NCBI RefSeq assembly: GCF_006345805.1
Contig: NC_042998.1
Location: forward strand, 97,154,001 to 97,218,000
DNA: 64,000 nucleotides
Origin: Octopus sinensis
Taxonomy: Eukaryota
Reading direction: 5' to 3'
Shown here piece after piece: positions 36,715-48,847 of this stretch. The notes beneath the pieces were generated by a model, which worked only from the letters and a program-made list of their open reading frames with translations, was not told the origin of the DNA and ran no database searches. How positions within the stretch are numbered: the first letter of the stretch is position 1; each line of letters begins with the position of its first letter. The position numbers and the translations under genes were made by a program.

Positions 36715-37926
36715 TCAGGTTGAATCAAAAGTTTTTTTTTTGTATTTCAAGATTTTGTTATAGTTCAAATAAATAACATACATACATAAGGCATTTATTC
36801 ATCAAAATATAACCCCTCATATTTTATTCCCTGTTGCCATCGTTGTGCTAGAAGATCAATTTCATGCTTATACAATTTGGCTGGTTTAGAGGCAAAAACC
36901 TCCTGCGTCCATTTTCAACTTCATCCACATTGTTGAACCTCTGTTTGTGTAGGAAATGAACCATGGTTTGAAAATGGTGGTAATCTGATGGTACAGGGTG
37001 TGGACTGTAGGATGAGACAGCACTTCCATCTCTGCGAGCTTCTCAAGTCTGCACATGGTTACATTGGCAATGTGTCCCTGAGCATTGTCATGCCATAAGA
37101 GTGTACATCTTCAATTGACCAATGCTAGGTGGTGGGCTTTTAAAACTTCCTATATTTGCTGCAGTTGTTGAGCGTAAAGGCTGGCGTTCACAGCATAACC
37201 ATCTGAGACAAGTTCAAAGTGTAACACACTCTTGATATTTAACAAAACACACAATGTGGGTTTGTTCAAACCACCCTTGTTTAACAACAGGTTCAGAAGC
37301 CTGGCCACTGATTTCTCTTATTTGGGTAAAGAAAATTGATCTATAATTCAAAGCCAAAAATGTGCATCTCAAGGATTTACCAGCAGTTGTTTGCATGAGC
37401 ATCTTGACGGTGTCTGTTCACAAGGCTGAACCAATGGAGGTGTCAATTGATGGTGCTTTGGGAAGGGTGAAGCTCTGCCAATAATGTGTAAGTGCTTGTG
37501 CTTGGCTGTTGTTCAACCATTTCAAGCAAGCCCTCATCTTCCACAACAGAAAGTCTCCCTGACCTTGGTTTGTCTTCAAGACTGGTGTCACCTTTCTAGA
37601 AATGTCTGAGCCAGTCTTGTGCCACAAGTTTGTTGACAATTCCTGAGCCTTCCACATCATTAATTTCTATTGTAGATGCCCTAGCACTCAGTCCTTTTTT
37701 TCCACAGGTAACATAAAATGACTCTAATTGCAATTTTTTCACCACTTATTATCAAAGCTGTAAAATAAAGAATAAGTAATTAGTGTTTATATGTTATTTA
37801 TAAAAATAAAGAATAAACAATTCAGCAATGATTGAACAAGTTGTATTAAATTAATGGTATAATATGATAATACAAGTTGCCAAAATCATCAGTGAAAATC
37901 TGAAAAAACTCTTTGACTCAACCTGG
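36715..37926 (-). mobile_element. Decayed mariner (DD34D-type) transposon
   Basis: TA flanks; approx. 23-bp TIRs (tcaggttgaatcaaaagttttt and its reverse complement, 2 mismatches and 1 indel). Frameshifted GDTSLEDKPRSGR, LWHDNA, SDYHHF and RWQQGI motifs. Confidence 0.88.
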
Positions 37927-38938
37927 TAGTCTTGCTGTTAGGTTATCCCAGTACTGCATCAATTCATTTACACAAACACTCAGTCTGAATTTTTGTATGT
38001 TTATTTATTGATTAGTCTATCTATATTAACAAACTAAATCTATTTTTAATTGCTTACACTCAAAATTGCAATATAACCAAGATAATGTTTGTGCTTTAAG
38101 TAAATAGCATACTAATATTCTCCTCATTGAGAATCAAACACTTAATTTTGATGCTGGCATAGACAATTAAAAAGACAATACAGAGTTGTTTGTTCATAGA
38201 TTTAAATCTTCAATGATTTTCATCTAAATTCACTTACCTCAAGTATATGAAAAAGAAAGAACATAACTTGCCATTGAGTGACTTGGTGCTCTTAACTATT
38301 GATTCCTCTTTCTAATCACAACACAGCTGAAGTGGCTTGCTCTCCAATTTGACAAATAAGAAACCAGGTGATGGTAATGTTTTATGGTATTTGTATTAGA
38401 GATGACAAGGATATTTGTAGAGATCCTGCTAAGTTCACAAAGTCCAAAACAATTTGTATCGCAAGCAAGAGATCTTTTTTATTGCTAGATGTCATTCTGT
38501 CAATTTGATGTAACACACTGGATACACATTAAATGGTACCATTACAAAAGAGATTGTTTTTGTAGGTTTAAGTTCTTTGATTTTCTTAAGACTCAAATTT
38601 TTGCAATGGTTCTGAATATCAGTTCAATGAACAATACCTTCACGAATAAAACCTATCCACATGATAGTACTGATTTTATTTGAAGACCATTTGACTTCCA
38701 AGATGTACTGCTTTGATTGCAATTTGAGAAAACAAGTCTCACACATGTAATAACATTGCTTCTAAGAATTCATTTATACAGATTTCACTAACATCACTCG
38801 TATCATATTATCATAATATTATTTGTGGAAATACAACTTCAAAATATTCAATAACTTACCAATTTTCATCAATTATGCTTAACATAGTAGCATGTTTACA
38901 TCTTATAACATTATTAAAATAAATTATAGATATATAAA

Positions 38939-39072
38939 TTTCTGCTATAAAACAATTATGAATATTTAAATTTTTGCTGTAAAATAATTATAAACACAAA
39001 TTTCTGCTGTAAAACAATTATAAATATATACATTTTTGCTGTAAAACAATTATAAATATATACATTTTTTGC
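38939..39072 (+). repeat. Minisatellite, approx. 31-bp unit x4 (ttttgctgtaaaacaattataaatatatacat)
   Basis: Read directly from the sequence. Confidence 0.85.
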
Positions 39073-39374
39073 TGAAGGATATATAATTTTTAATCCAAGT
39101 TGACCTTTATTAAATTTATGGTAGGTTCTTTGCAATGGATTTATTACCAATTGTTGAAGTGAAAAGGACTGAGTAATATGAAAGTGTTTATCAAAAAAAT
39201 GTTTTGTGTTTATTTTTAGAAAGTTAACAATGCTTCATTTTATTACTAGAAAGGAAAGACCTGAAGATTATAGTTTGCAATGAGCAGTATTTAATATCTT
39301 GACATCAAATAAATTTAGGAAACTGAAGTATGGATAATTGTAAATGAGGTGTACACAAGAAAGAAGGATCTTAC

Positions 39375-39503
39375 CGACACACTCATGGCCCACTCCTTGT
39401 GATGCATATCCTGACCGACAGGTACATTCATAACTTCCGTGCATGTTATTACAGTTTTGCGATGGATGACACTGGTGTTTTCTTAAGTCACATTCATCAA
39501 TAT
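39375..39503 (-). CDS. HMCN1: Hemicentin exon, EGF-Ca (DIDECDLRKHQCHPSQNCNNMHGSYECTCRSGYASQGVGHECV)
   Basis: tag acceptor, G|gtaaga donor, 129 bp, phase 1-1. Confidence 0.93.
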
Positions 39504-40772
39504 CTATCAAGAAATAAAGGCAATGATAAAATAAAGAGACAAATGATAAAGAGAGACAGAAATAGAAACAGAAGTACACAAGAATATTAAACTGTAAATC
39601 TTATTTTGATTACATTTGCAATATATAATATTGGCAGTTGTCATTGTCGTCATTGATGTTGCTGTCACTGTCATCATTGTCATCATCAACATTTAGCATT
39701 CACTTTTCCATGCTTATATGGGTCAGACAGCATTTGTAGAGGTAGATTTTCTATGGCTTGATGCCCTTCCTGTTGCCAACCTTCATTTGTTTCCAAGCAA
39801 GGTAATATTTTCCTGTTGCTAGGCATATTTTCATGGAAGATTGGAAATGAACAACATCGCTTGTATGACAGTGATGCTCATTTACAGCCAGCAGATGATA
39901 TCAAAACAACCAACAAAGAACTACACACACACACATACATGATAGGCTTCTTTTAGTTTTCACCTATCGAATCCACTCACAAGGCTTTGGTTGGTCCAAG
40001 GCTATAGTAGAAGACACTTGCCCATGATGCCACATAATTTTAAAGTTTATGGCAAAATTGGGAATCTGTGGAAAGTGGTGGCAGTCTTTGTCCTTGAAAA
40101 TAACTAACTTACCAACACATATACTGTCAAAAAGCGATTGTTAACAAATATTTTTATGAATTTACAGGTAATCAATTTTCAACATATTTTGTGAATGCTT
40201 TTCCTTTGTTAATTCTTTTACTAATATTTCTTCTTAAAAATTGACAAGAAATTTTTATCGTATATTGCTGACTTCATTCATAGTTTATTCTATGATTATC
40301 AAATATCCAATACATTTTTTTATCAAAGTTTGGCACAGATATAATATTTTGTTTAAATACTAAATGTTACAAAGTTATCATTTTAAATTTAACTCCCAAT
40401 AATAAATCAAACAAGTACAAAAGAACAAGCTAATTAACAAGCTGTTTGAATTACCATTTTAAGTAAAAATCCAATATTCACTGATCTCTCAAACTAGCAT
40501 TGCTTTTGTCGAAAATAAATATAAAGATTTCAGTTATACTTGTCATGAAGAGTGAAAGAATTTAATATTTTGAGCATTTGTCTTCCTTCTGAGAAAGAGG
40601 GAGAGAGAGAGAGGGAGAGAGGGAGAGAGAGAGAGAGGAGAGAGAGAGAGAGTATACAGGAATGCTGGTGTCTTGGTTAGAAAATTGTGAATTGAAAAAT
40701 GGAAATAAGTAAAGGAGCGATACTGGTGGGTGGGGATGATATTGTATGAGAGGAAGCGAGTAGCCTACTTAC

Positions 40773-40904
40773 CAACACATACACTTCCAAAGCCTAGTTT
40801 AAAACCTGAGGCACAGATTCTAGGGCACTGATAGCTTCCCATTGTATTTTGACAGCGGTGCCGGAAATCACAATCATGCTGTCTTTCTAAGCATTCGTCA
40901 ATAT
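40773..40904 (-). CDS. HMCN1: Hemicentin exon, EGF-Ca (DIDECLERQHDCDFRHRCQNTMGSYQCPRICASGFKLGFGSVCV)
   Basis: Not in the ORF track. tttatttcag acceptor, G|gtaagt donor, 132 bp, phase 1-1. Confidence 0.93.
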
Positions 40905-42591
40905 CTGAAATAAAAAAAAGAAATTATATTCAAATTTTAGCTTATGCTGAAACTGAATGGAACTGTTAAACTGAATGCTGAAAATTACTGGTAAAAATGA
41001 TTGCTAAAAATGACAGGTAAAAATGATTGTTAATTTAGGTTTTAAGATGGCTGTTAAAATGTTTCTTAAAAACAACCATTGAAAATAACTGTTCAAATTG
41101 AAATGGCAGTGTGATTTGCTTCTTAGCTACATGGTTTCAGGTTCAGTCCCACTGTATGGCACCTTGAACAAGTGTTTTTTATTATAGACTTGGGCCTAGT
41201 GAGTGGATTTGGTGAACAGAAACTGAAAGAAACCCACCATATATGTATTACCTTGTCTTTTGATTACAAGATAGTTTTAAACAAGCATCAAGTGGTGCTG
41301 TTCATTTCCAGTCTTCTGTGAAAATATGTCTGGCCAAGGGAAAATATTACTTTACTTGGAAACGGATGGATGTTGGCAACAAGAAAATCTCCTTCAACAA
41401 ATTCCATCTGACCCATGCAATCATAGAAAAGTGAGCATTAAAATTATGCTGGCACTGAAGATGCTGACTGCAATGGTGCCACTGTTACCACCTCCACAAA
41501 TGAATTATTCACATAAATAATTGAATTTAATTGTGTCCAATCAATTGAATTGGAAGAGGAACAAGGATAGTAATTGGGTATTATCAGTAGAATTCTAGAA
41601 TAGTTGTTATTAGTTTTTTATACATTTCTTACTTTAAAATTAACAAATGTTATATGAATTCACAAATACTCAACTTCCTGTAAATTATGTTAATTTTCGT
41701 TTTCCTTTCTGTTCTACTAATATTTCTCATGGTTTATAAACAAGTAATTTTGTCTATAGTATCTAGTATTGCTGACTTTATTCATTACCAAACATTTTAC
41801 ATTCTTTTGATAAAAATTTGACATAGAAAGAATATTTTCTTTTGAAACTGAATATTACCAATTTATTATTTTAAATTTAACCTCCCACTACAAAAAACAA
41901 ACATGTACAAACACAAAAGAACAAGCTAAGTAACAAACATTTTAACTTTATCATTGTTTGTATTGAAATCCACAGTCTCTGATTTGACTAATTTTGAAAA
42001 TAATAATGAATTCAGTAAAATAGCTTTATCATTATTAAGCTGGTGTCTGGAACATAAATTAGCATGAAATTAAAGTGGGAGCATCATTGAACAAAGGGTT
42101 GTCTCAGACAGATTGTTACTGAAAGACTGTTTGAAATTAAAATATATTCTTTGCTCTCTTTAACTTCAGCATTATTCTAGTAAATGATTTGATCTGAGAC
42201 TGTGTGTTAGAACTGAAACATTTACAATGTGGAAAAGCTGTTTGATTAACTTTAAATTTATTCATTTCATGAGTGTAACTGCAAGTTAGTTGGTCACTGA
42301 TACAGTTCTGTTGCATTAATGCAGTTTTAGTGGGACTGTGTCAGTAACCAGGTTGCAGATGTATCACATAAAAATGTTGATACCTTATGAAATAAATTTA
42401 AAATTTAAGATGAACTTAACAGCTTTGTGTTTCATTAAATGGTTAGAATGACTTTTCCACACTGTAATATAAAAGTTGCATTTAACAAAAAAATACATGA
42501 TTCTTCCACTTTGTAGATATGTATTCAATAGCATATATAACATTATGCACAGAGTATAAAGATGAGATTGGACAAATTCATTGTTTCCTAC

Positions 42592-42708
42592 CATCACATG
42601 TTCCATCATCTCTAAGACGGTATCCTGAGTGACAGGAACATCTAAAGCTGCCTAGGGTATTTTCACAAACTTGAGCACAAGGTGCATCTTCTGTACATTC
42701 ATCATAAT
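42592..42708 (-). CDS. HMCN1: Hemicentin exon, EGF-Ca ([38 protein letters not shown])
   Basis: (tat)n-tcag acceptor, G|gtagga donor, 117 bp, phase 1-1. Confidence 0.88.
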
Positions 42709-42710
42709 CT

Positions 42711-42736
42711 GAATAATAATAATAATAATAATAATG

Positions 42737-42777
<41 letters not shown>

Positions 42778-42793
42778 CATAATAATAATAATA

Positions 42794-42867
<74 letters not shown>

Positions 42868-42900
42868 AATAATGATGATGATGATGATGATGATGATGAT
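42711..42900. repeat. Compound (AAT)n(GAT)n microsatellite abutting an exon acceptor
   Basis: Read directly from the sequence. Confidence 0.95.
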
Positions 42901-42995
42901 ATTTTACATTCTTTTGATAAAAATTTGACATAAAAAGAATATTTTGGTTTGAAACTGAATATTACAAATTTACTATGATAAGGAAAATATTAGAT

Positions 42996-43906
42996 AACTA
43001 GCAGTATCGCCCGGCGTTGCTTGGGTTTGTAAAGGAAATAACTATAAAGCATTTTTAGAGAGTTATAGCCAAAAGATAGCAAAAAAATGCATTAAAAATG
43101 GAAAAAAATTATAGTAAATTTTTTTTAAATCGTTGACTCATCGTAGACATTTTTAGAGAGTTACTTCCCTTATATAATAGCAAAAAAATGTATTAAAATG
43201 GAAAAAAATGATGGTAAATTATTTTTAAAATCGTAGACTCATCGTAGACGCGCGCTAATACCCAGAAGGGCTCAATATGAATCACGACTATAAGATACCC
43301 GGTTTTGGTTAAACTGCACCGCAAAATGTGGGAGTAGTTAGGAATCTAAATCGTAGGAGACAGACACACAACTTCACTTTTATATATAAAGATTTGTGCA
43401 ACAACTAAAACATTCGGTTGTGCAAATTGTTTGCACAGGAAACCTGCCCTGTGTGGCGGTTTTTGTCGTTTTTGTGGATCTGTTTCAGCTTTTTTAGCGA
43501 TTTCTGTTTTGGCGACTTCAAGCCATGAAGTCGTTGTTCTAAAAGAACGCTGGTCTCCTTGACAACGCTTTACGACGTTGATTTCCTTACACTCCCTTCC
43601 CCACAGCTTCACAAGGGAGGGAAGAAGGGGGAGAAGCAACACAGGTGCAGGTGTGAGCATGGACGCCAACTCCGCCGCCATCGACACACGAAAAAATATG
43701 CGTTAAAATGGAAAAAATTATGGCAAATTATTTTTAAAATCGTAGACTCATCGTAGACGCGCGCTAATACCCAGACGGGCTCGATATGAATCACGACTAT
43801 AAGATACCCGAATTTGGTTAAACTGCACCGCAAAATGTGGGAGTAGTTAGGAATCTAAATCGTAGGAGACAGACACTCACACAACTTCACTTTTATATAT
43901 ATAGAT
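42996..43906 (+). mobile_element. Non-autonomous Helitron/Helentron-associated (HINE/DINE-1-like) element with a duplicated 3' block
   Basis: 5' aactagcagtatcgcccggcgttgc; 3' gagacagaca...cttttatatatatagat|t; approx. 200-bp direct repeats 43193-43393 and 43703-43906; short hairpins; CpG retained. The family assignment is an inference. Confidence 0.55.
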
Positions 43907-44139
43907 TAGGAAAACAGATAGCATGGCACTATAGGCTGCATGTAGCAAGCCTTCTATGCATGCAAGACTTCAGGAGTTCTAATTGGTTACATCATACCCA
44001 GTGCACAACTAGTACTTATTTTATCGACCCCACAAAGTTAACCTTGACAGAATTTTGAACTCAGAGTGTAGAGACAGTCACAGTGCCAAGCATTTTGACT
44101 GGTGCAGTAACGATTCTGCGAGCTCTCCAAATTAAATGA

Positions 44140-44222
44140 TAGCAATAATTATAATAATAATAATAATGATGATGATAATGATAATAATAATAATAATAAT
44201 GATAATAATAATAATAATAATG

Positions 44223-44270
<48 letters not shown>
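44140..44270. repeat. (AAT)n/(GAT) microsatellite
   Basis: Read directly from the sequence. Confidence 0.95.
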
Positions 44271-44575
44271 GTCAAGAAGAAAGGTAAAAAGATAGAGAGA
44301 TACAACCCTCTTAAGTACAAAATAGCCCGGCTATGGAAAATGAAGAAGGTGAAGATGTTGCTAATTATTACTGAAGGCATCAAGGAGAATATAAAGGAAA
44401 TAGGAATAGAGTGCCCAGTAGAGCTGTTACAAAAGGCTTGTCTCCTTGGTACAGCCAGAATAATCAGGAACGTATTAGATAACTGAAAAGAATGGATAGC
44501 ATGTTGCTGTAGGCTGCAGATAGCAAGCCCACTACGCATGCAAGACTCCAGGAGTTCCAACAAAACCTGTGATAA
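44271..44575 (+). mobile_element. R4/Dong-like (RLE endonuclease) LINE 3' fragment 1
   Basis: KIERYNPLKYKIARLW...LLQKACLLGTARIIRNVL*, bounded by (AAT)n on both sides. Confidence 0.75.
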
Positions 44576-44580
44576 AGAGA

Positions 44581-44612
<32 letters not shown>

Positions 44613-44619
44613 GAATAGC

Positions 44620-45060
44620 AACAACAAATCTGAAGGCATTGTCGAAAATAGAAATGCAAAGATCCTATGGGATTTTATGATTCAGGGCAACGATGAAGTT
44701 GAGAATAGGAAGCTGGACATAGTCTTAATTGAGAAAGAAAACAAACTATGCTGGATCATAGATATAGCTTGCCCAGCTGACAGCAAGGTATGCGATAAAG
44801 AAGAAAGAAAAGTTGAGAGATATGACAGGTTAGCTTGGGGAGTTAAGCAGTTGTGGTTGATGAAAAAGGTAGCAGTAGTACCAATAATTGCAGAGCCCTG
44901 GGAACAGTGAGCAAAAATCTTGAGAAGTACGTGGAACAAATAAGGGCTACAATAAGGGTGGAGCACTTGCAGAAAACAGCACTGCTTGGAACCGCTTGAA
45001 TACTCCGGAAGGTGCTCAAAAAATAAGTACATCTCCAGTGTTAGAAGCTGTACGAAGGCA
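44620..45060 (+). mobile_element. R4/Dong-like (RLE endonuclease) LINE 3' fragment 2
   Basis: KILWDFMIQ...RKLDIVLIEK...IIDIACPAD...KVERY..L...LW: RxPD...D-x-K restriction-like endonuclease pattern; (AAT)n flanks. Confidence 0.82.
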
Positions 45061-45133
45061 ATAAATAATAATGGTAATAATAATAATACAGTGTTCAATA
45101 CCACAGATTTGCTTGTCAGTTGTTTGACCTTAA

Positions 45134-45354
45134 CCCTTTCATTACTGTATTTATTGTGAGATGCTCTGTGTTTCTTTCAATTATTTTAATTAAAATAAAG
45201 AATTTAGTAAATTAACTTCGTTATCATTAAGCTAGTGTTAGGAACATAAATTGTGACTAAGGTTTGGTGGAAGATTTGAATTCAAAACTTATGAAAGCAA
45301 GACATTTATACTAAAGAGCCAGAGCTGGTTTCAGCCGGGTTGGTAACGAAAGGG
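45134..45354. mobile_element. piggyBac-type MITE, family 2, nested in repeat family E
   Basis: TTAA TSD; TIRs CCCTTTCATTAC/GTAACGAAAGGG (11/12). The host repeat is uninterrupted at the same site in the 50718-51272 copy. A related inverted copy lies at approx. 53251-53480. Confidence 0.85.
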
Positions 45355-46181
45355 TTAAACCAGTTGAGCATGTCCTTTGGTAGCTCACAATATATGCATC
45401 TCTGATCATGAGCAGAAGTAGTAGGGGAGCATCATAGCCATGTGCTGAGAGAGAAATTCTTTGGAGTTTGAATAATTCATGTCTGGAAACATGGGTGGTT
45501 CATTCAACATCCTTAAACAATCCTTATTCAAGGACTATTTGGGTATACTGGGATTTGTTTATTTTATCCCACTGTCACTTTGATGGTGTGCACTACTCTC
45601 TCACTCAACAATAATAATAATGATAATAAAGCTTTCTTTATTAACCACTAAAAGTTCACAAAAACATTAGAGGTAGAACAGGGCAATACAATGTGGGGTT
45701 GCATAAATGAGCATATAAATAAGAACAAGAATGATATATTCTAAAAAAGAATATTTCTCCCACAGAGGGAGACTTCCTTGGCTGCTCATGGATGCTCCAC
45801 AAAACCACAGTCACCCAGACTACTAGGGAAAGTGTCCTCTCCTCATCATCTTCTTTCAATCAATAGGTGCATACTTAGAGCAAGCCTGTTCTTTCTGACT
45901 ATCATTGCCTCAAGTGTACAGAGTTGGAAAAAGTATTGTGAAGCATTCTTTCTGACACTCTAATGACTTTGCTAATTCACTGGTTGATAATGGAGAATTT
46001 TTATGGCTGGAAAACTTTTGATCATAGTTCTGTTCATCCAGGGTCAAGCTGTGGAGGAGAAGAAGGCAGTGCCAATAGCTACCACTACCACCGCTGCCAC
46101 TGCCACCCACCCACCACCACCACTGCCACTGCCCCACTTCATTCACCAACAACAATGTCTCTTGGTCATAGGCTTACTCAC

Positions 46182-46301
46182 CAAGACAACGAGAACCGTT
46201 AAATACGTAACCAACAAAACAGTTACATCTGAAACTTCCATCTGTATTAACACATTGCTGTTCACAAATATTTATTTCTGGCATCTCACATTCATTAATA
46301 T
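46182..46301 (-). CDS. HMCN1: Hemicentin exon, EGF-Ca (DINECEMPEINICEQQCVNTDGSFRCNCFVGYVFNGSRCL)
   Basis: ctcttgcag acceptor, G|gtgagt donor, 120 bp, phase 1-1. Confidence 0.93.
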
Positions 46302-46977
46302 CTGCAAGAGACAAAGATGAAAAATAAAAGGCGGATAGAAAAAAAAGAAATATGAGAAACAATAAGAAATTAAAACAGAACATCAATCAAATACTATTTA
46401 CAAAAAACTGAAATCTTTTCTTTTAAATATGTAAGCAAAAATCTTAACTCTATAATGTGTAAGTGTCTGATGTGCACAAATAGTAAAATTTATTGTTTAG
46501 TTTCTTCAGCTTACTTAAAAAGTAAGAAGTATGTTTGATGGAAAAATTATAGTTTTTTAATACATACATCATCTAACCCATGCTGCTATGGAAGGCAAAC
46601 ATCAAATGATGATGGTGATAATCTTTTCTACTCTAGACACCAAGCCCAAAATGTTTGAGAAGGGGGCCAGTCAATTAGATTTACCTCAGTATGCAATTGG
46701 TACTTAATTTATCGGCCCCGAAAGGATGAAAAGCAAAGTCGAGCTCAGCGGAATTTGAACTCAGAACATAAAGATAAACGAAATATCTTCTTTCAATCAC
46801 ATTTATGTAACAGTCACAAGCTAAGACCCACTATCAACAAATTAAAATCATATCAAATGTTTAAGGTGAGTCTCTTTGCTTAAAGAATGAAGTAACCGTA
46901 CAAAGTAATTCTTATTTTTCCTGTTTATATTTCAAAATGATTTTAGTTATAAATTTTGTTATACTAGTTATTCTTAC

Positions 46978-47112
46978 CTATACACTTGGGTTTGCCATTA
47001 TCTCGTTTGAGACCAAGAGGACAAGAAGGATAACATTGATAGGAACCAATTGTATTGATGCAGTCTTCTCCTTTGAAACAACTTTCAAACTGGTCAGCAC
47101 ATTCATCAATAT
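46978..47112 (-). CDS. HMCN1: Hemicentin exon, EGF-Ca (DIDECADQFESCFKGEDCINTIGSYQCYPSCPLGLKRDNGKPKCI)
   Basis: ttctcag acceptor, G|gtaaga donor, 135 bp, phase 1-1. Confidence 0.93.
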   Translation of the reverse strand: MLMNVLTSLKVVSKEKTASIQLVPINVILLVLLVSNEIMANPSV

Positions 47113-47162
47113 CTGAGAAGAAAGAAACAGGATGAAAATTATGACAAGAACATGGTCTAAAC

Positions 47163-47526
47163 CAAAAGTTTTCAACTGGGATCCATATGACTGTTTGGGG
47201 TCCATATAAGATTTCTGGGGAGCCACACAAGCAAAATAGTAAATTGGTACCCATAAATTTTTCACAGATCCATAAAATATTACTGTGAACACAGTAATAT
47301 TTTATGAGTCCATGAAAAGATTTTTTCTTAAGATGTATTTATTGCAAGAAGTAGTTAGGTTTCTTTCCTCTTCAGCCTATACTAGCGAATGTATGTAAAA
47401 CGAAATACAAATTTTGAAAGAAGTATCTATAAAACTAGTTTTTAAGCATTGAATGGTTATGGAGGTCCACCAGAATAAAACTGGAAACAAAGGGATCTAT
47501 AGATAAAAAATAGTTGAGAACCAGTG
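47163..47526. mobile_element. hAT-type MITE
   Basis: Perfect 8-bp TSD GTCTAAAC (47155-47162 and 47527-47534); degenerate CAGTGGTTCTCAAC-type TIRs. Confidence 0.85.
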
Positions 47527-48234
47527 GTCTAAACAGTAGATTGAATTCTCAATTATAAGAAATTTATTTCATTGAAATTTGTTAACAGTCAGTAGAATTA
47601 CTAAGCTAACTATTGAAGAAAGCTTATGTAGAAATTATATTGCTGGTAGTTAGTAATATCAACTTAATTGATTAAATTAGCACAAATATTTACATTTAAA
47701 TATCCATATATATACTTGCAGATTTACACATATAGCAGCTCAACTGCCATATATGCTGACTATAATTGAAGTGATATTGAATACGTGACTTTCCAGCTAG
47801 ATTGGTGTGCAATTTCTTGCGTAAGATTAGTCTAGAACCCAAACAATTGAAGAAAGGATATAGGCATGGTAGCTGAAACCAGCTAAAGGTAGTTATGGTT
47901 GATAAGAGACCACAGATGGAATCCTTCTGCAGGGGAAGACTAATGCAGTCCTTACTTCCCCACTCAGGTGAAAATTAGAGGCAAAAGAGTGCAACGCTTG
48001 TGACCCTTAGATACACGCTGATGATACAGTAGAGTTTTTGACATTTCAATGGATTCAGAAGAGTCTGCAATACCCCTGAGTAGCTCCTGCAATTTCTTAT
48101 GGGGCAAAGCATCTCCAATATTTATTTCACCTGAATATATTGAACTTGCTTCTTCTGAATTAGATATTGGTAAGTTAGGTAAGGACGAAAAATCTCAAAA
48201 AAAATTCAGGAAATTATTGGGTTAGATCACTCAC

Positions 48235-48354
48235 CAACACAAGTTGACTGATCACTATCCAGTGTAAATCCTGGTTCACATGAACAGGAATAACTTCCAG
48301 GGGAGTTGTGACAGAAATGAGAACAAGTATCTGGTTCTCGACATTCATCTTCAT
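48235..48354 (-). CDS. HMCN1: Hemicentin exon, first EGF-Ca after G2F ([40 protein letters not shown])
   Basis: Not in the ORF track. atttag acceptor, G|gtgagt donor, 120 bp, phase 1-1. Confidence 0.93.
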
Positions 48355-48629
48355 CTAAATATGAAAATAAAATTACATATATTTATCTAACTTTATTGAT
48401 TAGTACATACATATAAAAATCTGCTTTCAGCTTACTGTTCTATATTTCATAGACAATTTGAAAAAGTAGATATTTTATTATTGTTTTATCATTATTTGAT
48501 GAAAAGTAAAATTGACAAGAATGTCCTCTTTACTCATCTTTGTAGACTACAGTTTTCATTGTGGATCAATTCATAATTCATGATCTCATTGCACACACTC
48601 ATCCACACTCACCAACCAACACATATGTA

Positions 48630-48675
48630 CATACACACACACAGACACACACACAGACACACACAGACAGACACA

Positions 48676-48740
<65 letters not shown>

Positions 48741-48785
48741 ACACACACACAGACACACACACAGACACACACACACACAGACACA

Positions 48786-48843
<58 letters not shown>
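48630..48843. repeat. (CA)n with CAGACA variants
   Basis: Read directly from the sequence; explains the HT/CV-repeat ORFs. Confidence 0.95.

Positions 48844-48847
<4 letters not shown>

Noticed and set aside
38236-38400. Minus-strand GAG|gtaagt donor as a possible EGF exon
   Set aside because: No Cys pattern or clear acceptor; the expected EGF module was found at 33659-33781.
38939-39072. Approx. 31-bp repeats as a CRISPR-like array
   Set aside because: Units are directly adjacent with no unique spacers, there are no cas genes, and the context is a eukaryotic intron; this is a minisatellite.
42682-42933. Poly-Asn/Asp and poly-Ile/Met ORFs, and similar HT/CV/ER/YI-repeat ORFs (25997-26678, 44132-44563, 48561-49023, 58149-58583, 62442-62663)
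   Set aside because: These are translations of microsatellites that lack stops in some frames, not genes.
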